Assembly: GCA_037142615.1 (NCBI GenBank)
Contig: JBAXAI010000004.1
Location: 104,654-168,653 of the forward strand
Length of the DNA: 64,000 bases
Reading direction: 5' to 3'
Origin: Spirochaetales bacterium
GTDB lineage: Bacteria; Spirochaetota; Spirochaetia; JABEVK01
Under the pieces are notes generated by a model. It saw nothing but the letters and a program-made list of their open reading frames with translations. It was not told the DNA's origin and did not search any database. The position numbers were made by a program, and so were the translations under genes. Positions 63,510-64,000 of the stretch are shown one piece after another (position 1 is the stretch's first letter; each line of letters opens with the position of its first letter).

Positions 63510-63940
63510 CAGGGCGCTCCCACCAGGGTCAATGACCTATCGATGTCGGCGATTTGCTTATCGTACGACGATACGTCGGGGCTCAGGAGCATTCCTACGG
63601 CGGCAAGAGCCAAGCCTACGGCTGCCGTTGCGCTGCCTCCGTTCAATAAAATGTTGTAGAACGGCAACTTGGCGTGAACCGCGTCGAAACCCGTTTGGTC
63701 TGTCGCCGAGGTGTAGGAAGACCACGCATCAAAAACCGCGTAGCCCGCAACGCCGGCTCCCACGGCGGCAGCGAGCCAGCCTGCCAGAGAAACTACTCCG
63801 GTCCAGCCCGAACTCTGAGTGACGCTCTGCTTCTTCTCGATCAGGTTCACGCGCTTGAGCGTCAGCGACGCCTTGACATCCTGCCCTTGCGAAACCGACG
63901 AGGGCGCCACCGTCACGGTGGTGGGAGCTGGCGCTGCCAA
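63509..63940 (-). CDS. Hypothetical membrane protein (2 TM), possibly 5'-truncated
   Basis: Stop overlaps the lipoprotein start (TGATG); TTG start lacks a clear SD; in-frame TAG at 63947-63949. Confidence 0.5.
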   Translation of the reverse strand: MAAPAPTTVTVAPSSVSQGQDVKASLTLKRVNLIEKKQSVTQSSGWTGVVSLAGWLAAAVGAGVAGYAVFDAWSSYTSATDQTGFDAVHAKLPFYNILLNGGSATAAVGLALAAVGMLLSPDVSSYDKQIADIDRSLTLVGAP

Positions 63941-64000
63941 GGCGGTCTATGATGGACCCCGTTGTCAACACAAACTTTTGCCCTTCCTAAGCTTTTCTTA

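Noticed and set aside
63941-64000. Frameshifted upstream continuation of the last ORF
   Set aside because: The two minus-strand frames I checked hit stops at 63947-63949 and 63987-63989; too little sequence to judge

Overview
About 58-60% GC bacterial chromosome segment, almost certainly from a spirochaete (Spirochaetales-like). This rests on the RpoA/RpoB/RpoC sequences, secY-rpmJ-rpsM-rpsK-rpoA-rplQ without adk/map/infA/rpsD, and rny-ymdB-tlyA...der after rplQ. The core (15.0-42.0 kb) is a ribosomal superoperon: tRNA-Thr, rpmG, tRNA-Trp, secE, nusG, rplKAJL, rpoBC, rpsLG, tuf and the S10/spc/alpha genes. It is flanked by signalling and metabolic genes: GGDEF, an atypical NtrC-like regulator, rlpA, acnA, an MCP, thrS, a hybrid kinase with a REC-MBL hydrolase, ptsI and a CHASE2 adenylate cyclase. 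Main non-routine signals: (1) a complete T-box riboswitch before thrS that appears to work by sequestering the Shine-Dalgarno (SD) sequence rather than by termination; (2) a ~320-nt, tetraloop-rich structured leader in the usual fusA position before tuf; (3) two copies of a ~140-nt structure-conserved element bracketing a ~3.8-kb toxin-antitoxin cluster in which BrnT, HicA and HicB are deletion-damaged; (4) recurrent leaderless promoter architecture; (5) a probable non-ATG start for the hybrid kinase. All RNA pairings were read by eye, not computed.
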